Shown in pieces: positions 55,284 to 64,000 of a DNA stretch of 64,000 nt. Location: the IMG/VR virus record IMGVR_UViG_3300033998_000455. One strand, given 5' to 3'. Position 1 is the first letter of the stretch. Each line of letters begins with the position of its first letter. This DNA is from an uncultured virus (IMG/VR IMGVR_UViG_3300033998_000455). Taxonomy: Duplodnaviria; Heunggongvirae; Uroviricota; Caudoviricetes. The position numbers were made by a program, and so were the translations under genes. The notes beneath the pieces are model-generated. The model had not been told where the DNA came from, did no database searches, and saw only the letters and a program-made list of their open reading frames with translations.

Positions 55284-55312
55284 ATTATATAACCGAACAT
55301 ACGTTCTGTCTA
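55284..55312 (-). promoter_or_regulatory. Sigma-A promoter containing a LexA (Cheo) box
   Basis: TAGACA-17-TATAAT; GAAC-ATAC-GTTC at 55295-55306 in the spacer. Confidence 0.78.
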
Positions 55313-55479
55313 ATATAATATTCCTTTTCTTTTCAGCAGATGCCTCTAAAGCTGTTAAATCAACGTTTATAGGGTTACATTAATTTTTCACGGGTGAAAT
55401 ATTGTATTTACTCACATTTCACCAAACTGCGTAATGGTTAGGTAAAAAAAACTAGCGAACTAGTTTTTCTTTTGTACTA

Positions 55480-56307
55480 TTAGAACAGTCGAAACTGACT
55501 ATTTTCTTCTTCAAGGGACTTCGTATCTCTTATAAAGCCAAACTTTCTCAGCTTCACATATGCGGCTGATTTAGATACCCCATAGGCATCGACTATGACT
55601 TTCGTCAATTTTTCTTTAGCGAAGAAGCGCTCTTTGAGTCCCGCATCTTCAATTACATACCCTTCGGTTATTCCATTGGCTTTTAAAGTCTCAAGTACTA
55701 ACGGTACGAATGTCGCCTTTGGCATTGCAATGGCAGATGCAAAATAATCAGCCTGGTGCTCCCGCCATTCTTCAGGTGTTCGATAACCTTTCCACGTTCG
55801 GCCAAAACTCTCAATGTCAGACCGCCTACAACATGTCACAGGTTTTATGGGTTCTGTATCACTACTAAAAAGAGAGAGCTGTTCTGCCGGTTCTGAATAA
55901 ACCATTGGGTGCAACCATAGATGTCCACCTTCGTGTAAACCGGTAAACAGCTCCAATCCTTCTCGACCTTCCTCTGTTACATAATGGTCTAAAACAACTG
56001 AGTTCTTTTCAAGGGTCAGGTGCCTTGTACAAAGATTCTCCTGATCGAAGATTTTCAGTCTTTCTTCATTAAAGGCCGTCACCCCGAAGATTTGACCTTC
56101 ATCCTCGCCATAATAGATGTGCTGATACTCAAGATTTGCACCTAGATATGATTCGAGAAAATGTTCGTATTTAATTTTTCTTGGTTCTTTTAGGAGTGCC
56201 GATTTATAATCCTTCAGCAGCATCTCCGCCAGTTCATCAAGCTCCACGTCCTTGATCACAGGTGTGTTGCTCTTCTTGTCTATTTTATTCCATCGGAATT
56301 CAATCAA
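55480..56307 (-). CDS. ImmA/IrrE-family metallopeptidase (anti-repressor)
   Basis: FT..HEGGH, EHQADYFASAIAMP, YGVS.SA; adjacent to the XRE repressor. Confidence 0.85.
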   Translation of the reverse strand: MIEFRWNKIDKKSNTPVIKDVELDELAEMLLKDYKSALLKEPRKIKYEHFLESYLGANLEYQHIYYGEDEGQIFGVTAFNEERLKIFDQENLCTRHLTLEKNSVVLDHYVTEEGREGLELFTGLHEGGHLWLHPMVYSEPAEQLSLFSSDTEPIKPVTCCRRSDIESFGRTWKGYRTPEEWREHQADYFASAIAMPKATFVPLVLETLKANGITEGYVIEDAGLKERFFAKEKLTKVIVDAYGVSKSAAYVKLRKFGFIRDTKSLEEENSQFRLF

Positions 56308-56629
56308 AACTGATCACCACTCTTTCGCATTCTTGTCGGGATAAAGCAACCGCGCCTAATACGGGCTTTATTAACAACAAATGTTTGTATTCGGTATTAC
56401 CTCTTTGCTTCAAAATATGTCTTTAAAATTCTCTAATAAATAATTTGGTTATATAATCTAACATGAAATAAGTGGTTTTAAATTATTTTAAAATATTTTT
56501 CAATGGTTTTATTTTTTTCTCTACTAGGCTCTTTAAGTTTTTAATTTTGGATTATCGTTTTGAGGGCATATTCACATTTTATATAATTGATCTTCTTTTT
56601 TTAGTAGCTCTTATTTTTAAGTATTCTTT

Positions 56630-56770
56630 GTTTTGAGTGATTTTCATTTTAATTGATTTTCATTTAATCGATTTTTATATAGTTGATTTTCTCACTTTAA
56701 TTTGACTTATCATTTTTTAAGTTGGCTTTTCACTTTTTAAATTAGCTTTCATTTCTAATCGATCTTCTCT
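56630..56770. repeat. Degenerate AT-rich tandem repeat array (unit ~15-20 bp)
   Basis: About seven units resembling ARTTGRYTTTYCAYTTT between the repressor and protease genes. Confidence 0.5.
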
Positions 56771-56811
56771 TAAATTATCCATTGCCCATTATAAAATATG
56801 TTTTACTCTTT

Positions 56812-57219
56812 TCATTCGCTAGTATTATTTTTCTTTTCCATATCTCTTATAAACTGTTTCCAATCATCTTCACTTATCTTTCCTGCGTTAGATTTCCTTA
56901 AGGCGAGTCTCGCCATATCCCCTATTTCACCATACATCATGATATCTTCAATATCCGATGGCACCTCACCGCGATCCCTGGCTGCAAGGTCATACATCAT
57001 TGCTTTTTCTTCATCATCGAGATCAAATAGTTCTGCAAACAGTTCCATCTTGTCCTTATCAAAGGGCTTCCTTCTGTTATTTTCAACATCGCTTAGAAAT
57101 GAAAGAGATATTCCGAGCATTTTAGAAACTTCTTTTAGTGTTAGTTCATCTGGATGTTCTTGTCTCTTCTTCTTAATGAAATCTCCAAACCTAATATACT
57201 TTTCTCTCACGATTTGCAC
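56812..57219 (-). CDS. XRE-family repressor (ImmR/CI-like)
   Basis: FG..IK.KR...TLKEV...LGIS..FLSDVENNRR.P. Confidence 0.85.
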   Translation of the reverse strand: MQIVREKYIRFGDFIKKKRQEHPDELTLKEVSKMLGISLSFLSDVENNRRKPFDKDKMELFAELFDLDDEEKAMMYDLAARDRGEVPSDIEDIMMYGEIGDMARLALRKSNAGKISEDDWKQFIRDMEKKNNTSE

Positions 57220-57287
57220 CTCCTTTCATTCTGAGGTGAACTGTTGAAAATAATATTCTCTCGTTCATCTTTTATCATTTACTCATA

Positions 57288-57358
57288 TTTCACCTTATAG
57301 CGTAATTCTACTACAAAAAAATGTTGTGGTCAATACCCTATTTCACAAATTTGCGTAA
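57288..57358 (-). promoter_or_regulatory. Repressor promoter flanked by two TTTCAC-N6-GCGTAA boxes
   Basis: TTGACC-17-TAGAAT (57333-57305); boxes at 57288-57305 and 57341-57358; third copy at 55417-55434. Confidence 0.68.
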
Positions 57359-57404
57359 AAATTTTATTTCAGAATATGATCTCTTACCAGACAGTTAAAA
57401 CCTA

Positions 57405-57737
57405 CTATTTGAGCAGTTTGAGAAGATCCTCTAAAGGCTCATACTCTTTGTCGTTAAAGACGTACTTCTGTACTTCACCATTAATAGTAGCTGTGATCAA
57501 CCCCATCACTTGGCCTGGATTCTTCTTAAAGGTCATGGGCAGCTCACCAAAGAACTCTGACCCAAAGGATGATTCAATAAAGTCCAGTTCATTGAGATGA
57601 ATCGTTCTGATAAAGTTCAAAATGTTAAACTTGATCTGTTCTTCGAGACTCAAATCTCCAGCTTTCAGCATTTTCTTTACTTCTACTTCTGAATACTTCA
57701 ATTGGCCATCCCCTTTCAGTTCACTTCCTATACTCAT
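57405..57737 (-). CDS. Hypothetical protein (true start may be downstream)
   Basis: Minus-strand ORF consistent with its neighbours; no motif recognised. Confidence 0.55.
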   Translation of the reverse strand: MSIGSELKGDGQLKYSEVEVKKMLKAGDLSLEEQIKFNILNFIRTIHLNELDFIESSFGSEFFGELPMTFKKNPGQVMGLITATINGEVQKYVFNDKEYEPLEDLLKLLK

Positions 57738-57793
57738 CGTCAGTCACTTTGTAATATTCGTGCTTAATCTTGTCCCACTCAGTTTTCTTGTAA

Positions 57794-58429
57794 CTATCTA
57801 TTCTTAAACTCTGCCATTTCATTTGGTGTGAATCCGTTGTTCTCAGGGACTCTAGTATTATTTGCAAGTTCTCTGATGAGTCCCATGAGCTCATTTACAT
57901 CCTTTTCATTTTTTATTTTAAGTTCCCTGTTTTCGAATAGATATCCTATATTCGCGAGGCTATCAGCAGACTTGCAGTAGCGCTGAATTTCTAATGCTAG
58001 TTCATCTGCCCTAGATTTTCGCCAGAATCTTTTCCTGAAGAATCGTCTCACCGCTTCAAACTGCTCATTTACCTCAAAATACTCAAGGTGCGCATACTTC
58101 AATAGCTCTTCTTTTTCAGGAATATAGTATGGTTTCCCTGCTTTCTGTCTCATAACCTCATCAAAATTCTCAAAAGCCATTATGAGGGCACTAACAAAAT
58201 ATTCATCTTTGATTCCGATATATGTCTCAATGTTTCTAGTTCTTTCATCTTCTTCTATTAATCTCAAGTCATCAAGACTGATTTGATAATCGTTTTGTTT
58301 GTTGATGATCTCTATAACCTTTTCTCTATGGATAACACCATAGAGATTGACCATAGCTTGGATGTAGGTGTAGATTTCATTGTAAACTTCTGGATCCATT
58401 CCCGGAGCAGTTGTCTTTTTATTTACCAT
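57794..58429 (-). CDS. Hypothetical protein of a type usually fused to SEC-C (SEC-C absent here)
   Basis: A.VNLYG, PYYIP..EELL.Y, NNTR..EN.GFTP.E. Confidence 0.6.
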   Translation of the reverse strand: MVNKKTTAPGMDPEVYNEIYTYIQAMVNLYGVIHREKVIEIINKQNDYQISLDDLRLIEEDERTRNIETYIGIKDEYFVSALIMAFENFDEVMRQKAGKPYYIPEKEELLKYAHLEYFEVNEQFEAVRRFFRKRFWRKSRADELALEIQRYCKSADSLANIGYLFENRELKIKNEKDVNELMGLIRELANNTRVPENNGFTPNEMAEFKNR

Positions 58430-58478
58430 TGTAACATCACCCCCATTTTATAACAGGGTTAACAGGCGTACAATTCGC

Positions 58479-59603
58479 TTAGAACTCATCACTTACGAGA
58501 TACTTTGTATATTTCATCCAATGCTTGATGTTGTTTAAAGCTTCATCAACACCCTCAATATCTAACCAAAGCACATTATCCTTATCAAGAATCTGCATTC
58601 TATGTTTTCTTCCATTAAGCTTTACTCTGCCAATTTGCATATTGTCAACCTGGAAATTTATAGTTCTATCGCTCATTACATTATAGCTTAACTTCTCACG
58701 CACCCCTAAATCCTCAAGTTTCTCTTCGAGGGTATTAATAAATAATTTTTCATTGTCATTTAACTTAGATAGTTTATCTAGTTGATCGGCCTGACGTTGC
58801 AACTCGAAGTTTCCTCTTATTTTTAGGCACTTTTTCATAACCTCAAATGTTGATTCACAATCTGATAATGCTCTATGCCCGGTGTTTTCAATTCCAAAAT
58901 GCTTTTTAATTGTATCTAGCTTTCTATTCGGCGTTTCTTTAGATCCTACGGATTGCTTAACTAGATCAAGTACATCGAACACTTCCACTCTATCGATTTT
59001 CTTTTTGCTTCGAGCAAATGCAACACCGAGAAATTTCAAATCAAATTCAACGTTATACCCTGCTATAATCTTACCGTTGATTCTATCATATACTTCATCA
59101 ATAACCTCGTATATTCTTGGTTTGTCTACAACCATTTCTTTCGTTATTCCATTAACTCTTGATGCTGCATCAGGAATCAAAGAGTCAGGATTTATTAGTT
59201 GATTGTAGCTATCGATTTTTTCACTATTTTTGTAATGAACTATTCCGATTTCAAGTATGCGATCATAGTTTTCATCGAAGCCTGTTGTTTCAATGTCAAG
59301 CATCACAAACTCCTCAGGCATCCTATCTAACTCATACATCTTCCTAATCTGTGAGATTCCACTAGAATAAACCTTTTGATAATAACTAGGAGTCTTAGGT
59401 GAAATCACTTTAGAATCATCATGTTTTAATGCCTTTGAGGACTTCTGATTGCCTTTTGATTTCAAGTAACTCTTAACAAATAGGAAGGTTATACCTCCAA
59501 AAATTAGGGTGAAAATAAAATCGCCAACACTATGTATATCAGTTAATGATACTAAAGTAAACAGTCCAAAGAACGCTATGCCAATAATTTTTAAAATTCT
59601 CAT
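58479..59603 (-). CDS. Membrane-anchored DEDDh 3'-5' exonuclease (DnaQ-like)
   Basis: Two N-terminal hydrophobic helices; LDIETTG, YNVEFD, HRALSD. Confidence 0.85.
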   Translation of the reverse strand: MRILKIIGIAFFGLFTLVSLTDIHSVGDFIFTLIFGGITFLFVKSYLKSKGNQKSSKALKHDDSKVISPKTPSYYQKVYSSGISQIRKMYELDRMPEEFVMLDIETTGFDENYDRILEIGIVHYKNSEKIDSYNQLINPDSLIPDAASRVNGITKEMVVDKPRIYEVIDEVYDRINGKIIAGYNVEFDLKFLGVAFARSKKKIDRVEVFDVLDLVKQSVGSKETPNRKLDTIKKHFGIENTGHRALSDCESTFEVMKKCLKIRGNFELQRQADQLDKLSKLNDNEKLFINTLEEKLEDLGVREKLSYNVMSDRTINFQVDNMQIGRVKLNGRKHRMQILDKDNVLWLDIEGVDEALNNIKHWMKYTKYLVSDEF

Positions 59604-59690
59604 TTAATCGCCTCCTCAAATCATAACGTAGTTAACTGCATCTAGAATGTATGTTGAATAATCAGGCAAGCTAAAGTTCAATTCTTTACA

Positions 59691-59921
59691 TTAACCTTTT
59701 GGGGGATACGGATCATTCCCATGTGAATCTTTGCTTTGAATCTTACCATCTTTACCATGAATAACTAACTCCGTGCCTTGATTTTTGCTGATATCTCTTG
59801 CAATTCTTTCCGCTTCGGCTTTGGTATCAGTATGGTGACTAGCTTTCTGGCCACCACCCCTTTTAACATTCCAACCGCCATCTTGATTTGGTACTACATG
59901 ATGTGTGTCTTGTTTTGCCAT
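59691..59921 (-). CDS. DUF2188-family protein
   Basis: HVVP..DGGW.VK...T.AEA...AR...ELVIH.KDGKI...DSHG.DP.PP.G. Confidence 0.85.
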   Translation of the reverse strand: MAKQDTHHVVPNQDGGWNVKRGGGQKASHHTDTKAEAERIARDISKNQGTELVIHGKDGKIQSKDSHGNDPYPPKG

Positions 59922-59981
59922 TTAAGACCTCCTAAAATTGCTATATGTGCTTGCCTGATTATTATCGTCTCATAAAATTGA

Positions 59982-60010
59982 CTACTCATCTTCGCCTCTA
60001 TGCTCCACAT
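59982..60010. repeat. 29-bp imperfect direct repeat (partner at 63237-63265): orphan copy of the 3' end of the 209-aa gene
   Basis: ctactcatcttcgcctctatgctccacat vs ctactcatcttctcctcgatgctccacat; 27/29 identical. Confidence 0.85.
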
Positions 60011-60094
60011 CTAGTAAAACCAAGGAAACAGTCCTTCTGGTTTGTATCCTTATGCTTTTTAAAATATGTCAGGTGCTCATTGAAAATTGCATCA

Positions 60095-61807
60095 TCACCT
60101 TTTGAAAAATTGGCTGACATCCTCTCCATCATACACATAATTTCTGGCATTGCGCAAAGCTTTATTAGACACAAGAGACCCGTCCACAAGGGAGTATTTT
60201 CTTATTCTGTTGTTATATATAAAAGTAACATCTTGATTAGTCAGGAAAACATAGCGCAATCGTCTATTTACCAGGCTTTGATTTGGAATGCTTTCAAGTT
60301 CATTAACAAAGATCCAGTGATTACTAACATTTCGAAAAAGAAAGACTCCTTGATTACTACCGTGAATTATAGCAAACAAATATTTACCCGACTGATCGAA
60401 AAATGCCTTACTTACATGGGATGAAAACACTACTTCATAATCAACTACAGTACTTTCCTCGTTTACTATTAAAAATGAAAAGTTTAGTGTCTTTACAGAC
60501 CATCTACCGTCAGAAGAAGTGCACAGCTTTTTTTCAATAGGCAATCTTTTTTCTGTTCCAGACAATGTCTTATCTTTTAGATAAGTCACTGCAATATCAT
60601 CCGTACGAAAAATAGACACAGCCGAGCGAGCAATTCCAAGTTTCGCAATTAACTTTTCAAGATTATCCAGATTATGTAGTCCGTGACATGCGAAATACCA
60701 GCGGACATCTTTGATATTAGGAATCCTTGATACGATTTCGGAAAAATAGTCCCAATCCACAGGCGAAAGAGAGTGACCGATTGTAACGATATCTTCTATT
60801 TTATTTAAACCTGCGAAAAATGCATCTTGATCATAGATAATATCTTTGCTATTCTTTGTCAATGCTTCATCGCCTTCACTGATTAGTCGAATTACACTAT
60901 CCTGAGCAACATCAATCGTTGAAAGTTTAAATGGATCTTTTATCCACTTTAAAGAATTGCCATCAAAATCATATGAGTATGTATCTTCCCGAGGCATGTG
61001 CCCTAATATCAATCTTTCCTTTGGAAAATACTTCTTCTTTCGTCGACAGCCATGAATATAACAAATGTTATCTTCGTGAAATCCGTAAAGTGTCTCAATA
61101 AACTCTGTATAATTAAAACAAAGAACCTGTCCATTTTTCCTCAATATATCTTGTAGAGGCCGGTCATCAGTTCCTATTGAAAGTGATTCGACCCACATAC
61201 GAAAGCGTCGTGGCAATTCATTTACAACTGTCATAATTGGATTTGCTGCTGCTTCAGTCGCTTGGAAGAATTCAGATGCACCAGCATCTTCATCATATGC
61301 ACCTAATATATCTAGCCAATTGTCAACAATCACACCATTGCTCATGGCATTTGTATTAAAATGTGCGAGAGCTTCTTCAAAATCTGCCCAAATATCCTCA
61401 AAGGTTATAAAATTCTCAAGGGCGTGGAGAAGTGCACTGTTTTTTCCCAAAGTATCCCTAAACGCATAATAACTCGACCGTACCCCATGCATTAAATCAA
61501 ATCCATTTCCAATTACATAAAGAACATGGTCGTTAGAAAAATGAATATCGTCCTTTGCGACAACCCTCCACTCATTCAATCGATGATTAAATGTTTTTTT
61601 ATCTTCTGACTTTTTTTGCTGCCATTTTTCATTTTCTATTCGCTCTATTTCTTTTTCTCGCTGTTCCTGTGTAGCCTTGCGACACAATGGACAGTGTTTA
61701 GGATTTGCATAGCCTCGTTGCTCAAAAAGTTCTCTCTCATAATTTCTAAACAAAAATGCCTTACCGCACATTTCACAAGATAGTTCTTGGGTGTTATAAA
61801 TTAGCAT
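60095..61807 (-). CDS. AbiH-family (SIR2-like fold) abortive-infection protein with N-terminal Zn ribbon and C-terminal extension
   Basis: VIGNGFDL.HG, FNYT, IHG, ILGH, IGHSL..VD..YF; N-terminal CxxC...CxxC. Start probably MLIY after GGAGG. Confidence 0.82.
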   Translation of the reverse strand: MLIYNTQELSCEMCGKAFLFRNYERELFEQRGYANPKHCPLCRKATQEQREKEIERIENEKWQQKKSEDKKTFNHRLNEWRVVAKDDIHFSNDHVLYVIGNGFDLMHGVRSSYYAFRDTLGKNSALLHALENFITFEDIWADFEEALAHFNTNAMSNGVIVDNWLDILGAYDEDAGASEFFQATEAAANPIMTVVNELPRRFRMWVESLSIGTDDRPLQDILRKNGQVLCFNYTEFIETLYGFHEDNICYIHGCRRKKKYFPKERLILGHMPREDTYSYDFDGNSLKWIKDPFKLSTIDVAQDSVIRLISEGDEALTKNSKDIIYDQDAFFAGLNKIEDIVTIGHSLSPVDWDYFSEIVSRIPNIKDVRWYFACHGLHNLDNLEKLIAKLGIARSAVSIFRTDDIAVTYLKDKTLSGTEKRLPIEKKLCTSSDGRWSVKTLNFSFLIVNEESTVVDYEVVFSSHVSKAFFDQSGKYLFAIIHGSNQGVFLFRNVSNHWIFVNELESIPNQSLVNRRLRYVFLTNQDVTFIYNNRIRKYSLVDGSLVSNKALRNARNYVYDGEDVSQFFKR

Positions 61808-61844
61808 ATGATACCAACACCTCCTCACATCTCATATCATTCAC

Positions 61845-62272
61845 TTAGGATGAACTTCCAGCAAAATTCAACCCAATAAAACCTAAGTTAAGTGAATAGC
61901 CTGTAAGTCTGTTCGATTTTATTAAACCTTTCACACCTTCAAATATCATAAGGCATCCCTCCTTCATAAGTCTCGCTGGTTTGTTATGTTCATCCATTGG
62001 ATCTTGAGGGAAATCCATCCTAAGCAAATGATTATATTTTTCCGTTGATACAATGATATCTTTATCAATAAAATTACTACCAGCTATTTCTATGGTCTGT
62101 AAATCCACCTGGATCTAAGTTGTACATCGCCATATAGCTTTCCTTCAAATTGCCTTTCGAGCTTTCTTCTTTGCAGTCTTGATAATTTGTAATTCAAATG
62201 TTCCAAGACAGTGTGGCCCTTATCATTAAGTAGCTGAATCACTTGATCTTCTGATACTTCGTTAATACACAA
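61845..62272 (-). pseudogene. Two short overlapping ORFs, possibly a degraded gene
   Basis: 60-aa and 87-aa ORFs overlap in different frames; no motif recognised. Confidence 0.25.
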
Positions 62273-62329
62273 TACCTTTCAGCATCAGATTTTGAAACAA
62301 GAGTTGATTCTTTTACTATTTTCGCTACA

Positions 62330-63220
62330 TCATTTGCGAAAATTATCCCAAATCTTGAGTTCTTCTGATGACTTGAATTCTATCTTTTCTTCGTGCATAT
62401 CCTTCAGTAACCTAGGCTTATTCATATTACCATCATCATCCAATGTTATAATTGGCCTGTCGGTCAACTTATTATAAATATCGTTAGGATCATTTATTAT
62501 AATTGAATATTGCTCACTGATTTCCTTAAATATTTGCTTTCCACTGTCGGTTGCAATCTGAATATTTGATGGATCCTCAACAATTCTAATGAAAACATCA
62601 TTTCCTCCGATATTTTTATATTCCTTTATCTCAGCGTCTAAAACTACATTGTGACCATAATCTGGATTATTAAATATTCCCAAGTCTGCAAATCTATACA
62701 TTAGCATCAATGGACTTTCATTAAACTTCTCATAGGTTATTCCTTTTGGGAGAACGAAAAAATCATATCTTGCACTTCGTTTTAAATTTGGAAGGTCTAT
62801 ATATTCGCACCTGTTGACGTCCTTCTCTGAAATGCCAATACCATCAGTTTTTAAATCGCAAGGTATGTATAGGCTACACACTGGAAAAGCAAAAGGTTCA
62901 AAACTATTAATGCTACCTAAATGTCCGACTCTATCAATCTTAGTTCCATGACTCTTCACATGAACAACTGGTGAATATAATTGTTTACCATCAATAATTT
63001 TATAATAACCATGCCAACTGAGAGAGTTAATTTCTAGCTCGGGTAACTTGTAATGCCTGAAATAATTCCCTAAAACCACATGACTAAAGTACATCCCTTT
63101 TCCAGCATCGAGCATTATGTCAGAATCTCCAAGTCTGCTCTTTTTTGAGAGTTTGAAATTCATTTGAAATATTTTCTTTCCCTCTTTCAGTAATATAATT
63201 TTATTCTTCAAGCAAATCAC
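62330..63220 (-). CDS. Hypothetical protein, 296 aa (low-GC cargo)
   Basis: Long ORF inside the repeat-bounded cassette; no family recognised. Confidence 0.7.
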   Translation of the reverse strand: MICLKNKIILLKEGKKIFQMNFKLSKKSRLGDSDIMLDAGKGMYFSHVVLGNYFRHYKLPELEINSLSWHGYYKIIDGKQLYSPVVHVKSHGTKIDRVGHLGSINSFEPFAFPVCSLYIPCDLKTDGIGISEKDVNRCEYIDLPNLKRSARYDFFVLPKGITYEKFNESPLMLMYRFADLGIFNNPDYGHNVVLDAEIKEYKNIGGNDVFIRIVEDPSNIQIATDSGKQIFKEISEQYSIIINDPNDIYNKLTDRPIITLDDDGNMNKPRLLKDMHEEKIEFKSSEELKIWDNFRK

Positions 63221-63236
63221 CCACCTTCAACTCAAC

Positions 63237-63866
63237 CTACTCATCTTCTCCTCGATGCTCCACATTCATAGCATCAACCCAATCTTCCTCAACGTAGACC
63301 ATCCCGTTCCGACCCTCTACCTTACGATTTGGACCAGCCTTATACATCTTACAATTAAGTGGACCATAACAGAAAGTTTCAAATCTATATTTTCTCCGAC
63401 CTCTCGGATTCCAGTTATCAATAATAATCTCAACAGGCATCCTGGCTCCCCACATACAGCTACTACAGAAAACCTCATATGTCCTGGCTGCCAGCCTGCG
63501 GTGTCCTCTTTCTCTGTAAACTTCCAGCTCCGGCGGCACAAGTTCCCAGGGAGATGATGTGTTCGAGATGGTAGTGCTTTGGGTGATAAGTTTGAGTTTT
63601 GAGACTTTGTAATACTCAGTAGGCTCGGTGTCAGGATCCGGTACTGGAACGCATTCTCCGGAGATCACATCGTTTACTTTGAATTGATGTTTGGCATGGG
63701 CTGCTTTGCCGATGCCGATAGAGAAAGTAGTGGTAGCGCTGTCCAGTTCTCCCTCCAAGGTAATGGCATAACCGAGATATGTATGGGAGGCTTCATCGAA
63801 GGACCTCATGAGACGAATGCGAGGTTGAATTGATATGATTCTTCCGGTGAAGATATGTTTGTCCAT
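63237..63866 (-). CDS. Conserved hypothetical protein, possible beta-barrel plus Cys4 site
   Basis: GGAGG RBS; CSSC and CYGPLNC motifs. Confidence 0.75.
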   Translation of the reverse strand: MDKHIFTGRIISIQPRIRLMRSFDEASHTYLGYAITLEGELDSATTTFSIGIGKAAHAKHQFKVNDVISGECVPVPDPDTEPTEYYKVSKLKLITQSTTISNTSSPWELVPPELEVYRERGHRRLAARTYEVFCSSCMWGARMPVEIIIDNWNPRGRRKYRFETFCYGPLNCKMYKAGPNRKVEGRNGMVYVEEDWVDAMNVEHRGEDE

Positions 63867-64000
63867 AACTAGAAGGCCTCCTTTTAATCAAATTTAAGTT
63901 CTATATATCTACCATCTTTGTGTAAATATTTCTTCATCGAACCTAACTGATATGTTGCATAACTGTTATCAAACAAAACTACATTTTTACCACTAAGTCC

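Larger units (their letters stand above)
4660..64000 (-). mobile_element. Temperate siphovirus-type prophage (HK97-like head, cos/HNH packaging, PolA replication module, LSR integration cassette); the other end lies beyond the window
   Basis: Co-oriented and complete set of regulation, replication, packaging, head, tail, lysis and recombinase modules. The end at ~4660 is inferred from the truncation point of the adjacent recombinase gene. Confidence 0.93.

Noticed and set aside
56630..56770. Mini CRISPR array
   Set aside because: Units are short, degenerate and contiguous, without unique spacers.
1..64000. tRNA/rRNA genes and IS transposases
   Set aside because: None recognised by eye; a tRNAscan-SE/Infernal run would be needed to exclude atypical RNAs.

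Overview
The window holds most of a ~60 kb temperate siphovirus-type prophage from a low-GC Bacillota (Clostridia-like) host, encoded almost entirely on the minus strand. Read in transcription direction (64000 to 1), the order is: (1) accessory/lysogeny region with an AbiH-like defence gene, a membrane-anchored DEDDh exonuclease, an XRE repressor and an ImmA/IrrE protease; (2) SOS-boxed regulator and sigma-70-like gene; (3) replication module (metK, DUF2800, DUF2815, family A DNA polymerase, VapE-like primase/helicase, putative origin, VRR-NUC, SNF2 helicase); (4) late activator, HNH and putative cos; (5) two DNA methyltransferases and an amidoligase/GGCT cluster; (6) HK97-type head, tail and lysis genes, with AbiE and RloAB/AbiL-like morons inserted; (7) a large serine recombinase (LSR) cassette and a three-gene Lamassu/ABC-3C system. 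The LSR cassette is the most unusual part: LSR-A, LSR-B and a 1311-aa A-B fusion with two catalytic domains. The prophage appears to end at ~4660 inside the LSR-B homologue of a second, related element whose own double-headed LSR (1107 aa) follows, suggesting integration into a relative's integrase gene. Two defence cassettes are each bracketed by imperfect 29-bp direct repeats that rebuild the 3' end of the upstream gene. The C5 methyltransferase carries a probable overprinted alternative-frame polypeptide. A fixed-spacing motif, CTTG-N16-GAGTGA, recurs seven times upstream of genes. Protein family assignments come from recognising motifs by eye, not from database searches.
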